In this document: positions 62,701 through 64,000 of the stretch, piece by piece | Layout: each line of letters opens with the position of its first letter | How positions within the stretch are numbered: the stretch's first letter is position 1 | Assembly (NCBI RefSeq): GCF_009834535.1 | Contig: NC_045701.1 | Coordinates: 69,068,001 to 69,132,000, forward strand | Direction of reading: 5' to 3' | Length of the DNA stretch: 64,000 nt | Origin: Camelus ferus | Lineage: Eukaryota | Notes under the pieces: model-generated | What the model saw: the letters and a program-made list of their open reading frames with translations, nothing else | Told to the model about the DNA's origin: nothing | Database searches by the model: none | Made by a program: the position numbers and the translations under genes

Positions 62701-63379
62701 TATACTTTTAGAGAAGTCTAGGTGTCTCTCTAAAACTTTATTACAGAGTCACTGAAGGACAGGAAGCAGGTAAGTGACATAACTGTATTTGCAATTTAGG
62801 AAGATCACTAATACAGCACTAAAATAATAATCTGGACGGTCTATTCCTTCCAAGGAAGAAAGTAAGAAAAACAGTCAAGAGTTTTTATAGTAGTCTAAGG
62901 GAGAAAATAAAGATGAGGACCTGATTAAAGCAGTGGCAGTAAGAAAAAGGACAGAAAGATCAAGAGGAAAGATACGTAAGATTAGGTATGATACAGTGAC
63001 TGGGCCTGGCATTGCTATTTGCCTACATGGCAGCTATTCTTTCAACTGGTTTCTCTGCCAGAAGAACCGGTTTCCAGACTGAAAACACCAAATAACTGCT
63101 TCCTGGATTTTTCTTACAACTATGAATTTGATTTGATTCAATCTTAGCCAATGGAAAGTAGTGGGAAGTCTCTGTGTGTATGCTTGTAAAGACCTGTCCC
63201 ATTCTGATATAAAACATATTCATTCCCTTTATCTTTTGATAATAATGAGTGAGGGTATAAATTATTCTTTAATTGGATTGCTAGATTTGGCTTATTAATA
63301 TTTTATCAAGAGTTCTGTGTTGTATCTATAAATTTAGTCTGTAGTTTCCTTCTTTGATGCTCTGTCAAGTTTTAGAATG

Positions 63380-63430
63380 ATATATATATATATATATTTT
63401 ATATATATATATTATATATATATATAAAAT
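63380..63430. repeat. (TA)n-rich microsatellite with an internal palindrome
   Basis: Directly visible. Confidence 0.9.
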
Positions 63431-64000
63431 GAATTGGTAAGCTTATCAAATGAACTGAAAGGCTTTGATGAACAGATAAAGCATGACTTTTATCTCTTCA
63501 TTAAAGGCTTAATAGTATTCCCTTGATATAACATCTGTGATTATTTTCCCATTTTACTTTTTACTTTCTGCATGTGTGCATTTTTTCCTAATACATTATA
63601 TTTAGCAGCTTTTAGTTTGGCCTAACATTTTGCACCAAAATCTTCTGAAATCACAGATTATTAAGTGTTATAGGTTAAGTAAGCCACAACTAGCTTCTCA
63701 GAAATACTGAAATAGTAAGAGCTCTATATTTTGTGCCATGGCTATATGGTTATACACAATAAGAAAGGCCTGTTATTAAAATACTACGTTATAACTTCTA
63801 GCACAATAGCAGTTCTTATCTTGAAAAGGATTGGGCCCCTAAACCACTGGTAGATCACTTAATACAGCAAAACGTTGGTCTAGGAGGTAAAAACATTCAA
63901 GTCTAGCATTCATATGCTCAGCTCTCCATTTGGTCTCTTCTGTTTATAATACCAGCACAATTCCTGGTTTAGGTTTATAAACCTAAACCAAAGGGATAAG

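Noticed and set aside
50670-64000. NUMB first coding exon (MNKLRQSFRRKK...)
   Set aside because: Searched for and not found; it should lie beyond the window end.

Overview
Mammalian genomic DNA, most likely a camelid, judged from six copies of a tRNA-Ala(AGC)-derived SINE resembling Vic-1. The assembly has five short N gaps. The window holds two convergent, tail-to-tail genes. (1) On +, the 3' half of PAPLN (papilin): 13 coding exons from 2276 to the stop at 13731 that splice into one open frame of 2195 nt. They encode Cys-rich repeats, a Kunitz domain, three Ig-like domains and a PLAC domain. (2) On -, most of NUMB: 8 visible coding exons from 50669 down to the stop at 17042, 1803 nt in frame. 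The first coding exon lies beyond the window. The 33-nt PTB-insert exon is not visible and probably falls in the gap at 45126-45297. The rest is intronic, with SINE, MIR, L1, L2, hAT (MER) and LTR relics. I found no unambiguous new biological system and no prokaryote-type element such as CRISPR. The best leads are at the RNA-processing level: a bidirectional poly(A) module between the two genes; three NUMB 3'UTR AAUAAA signals bracketing a Musashi element; a triple AAUAAA just after NUMB alternative exon 12, with an in-frame read-through stop; paired cryptic splice sites that could add 20 aa to papilin; an extended CTCF motif; and an inverted SINE pair around NUMB exons 7-10. Exon numbers follow the human genes. 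Comparisons with human and mouse proteins are from memory and repeat-family names are by eye; neither comes from a database search.
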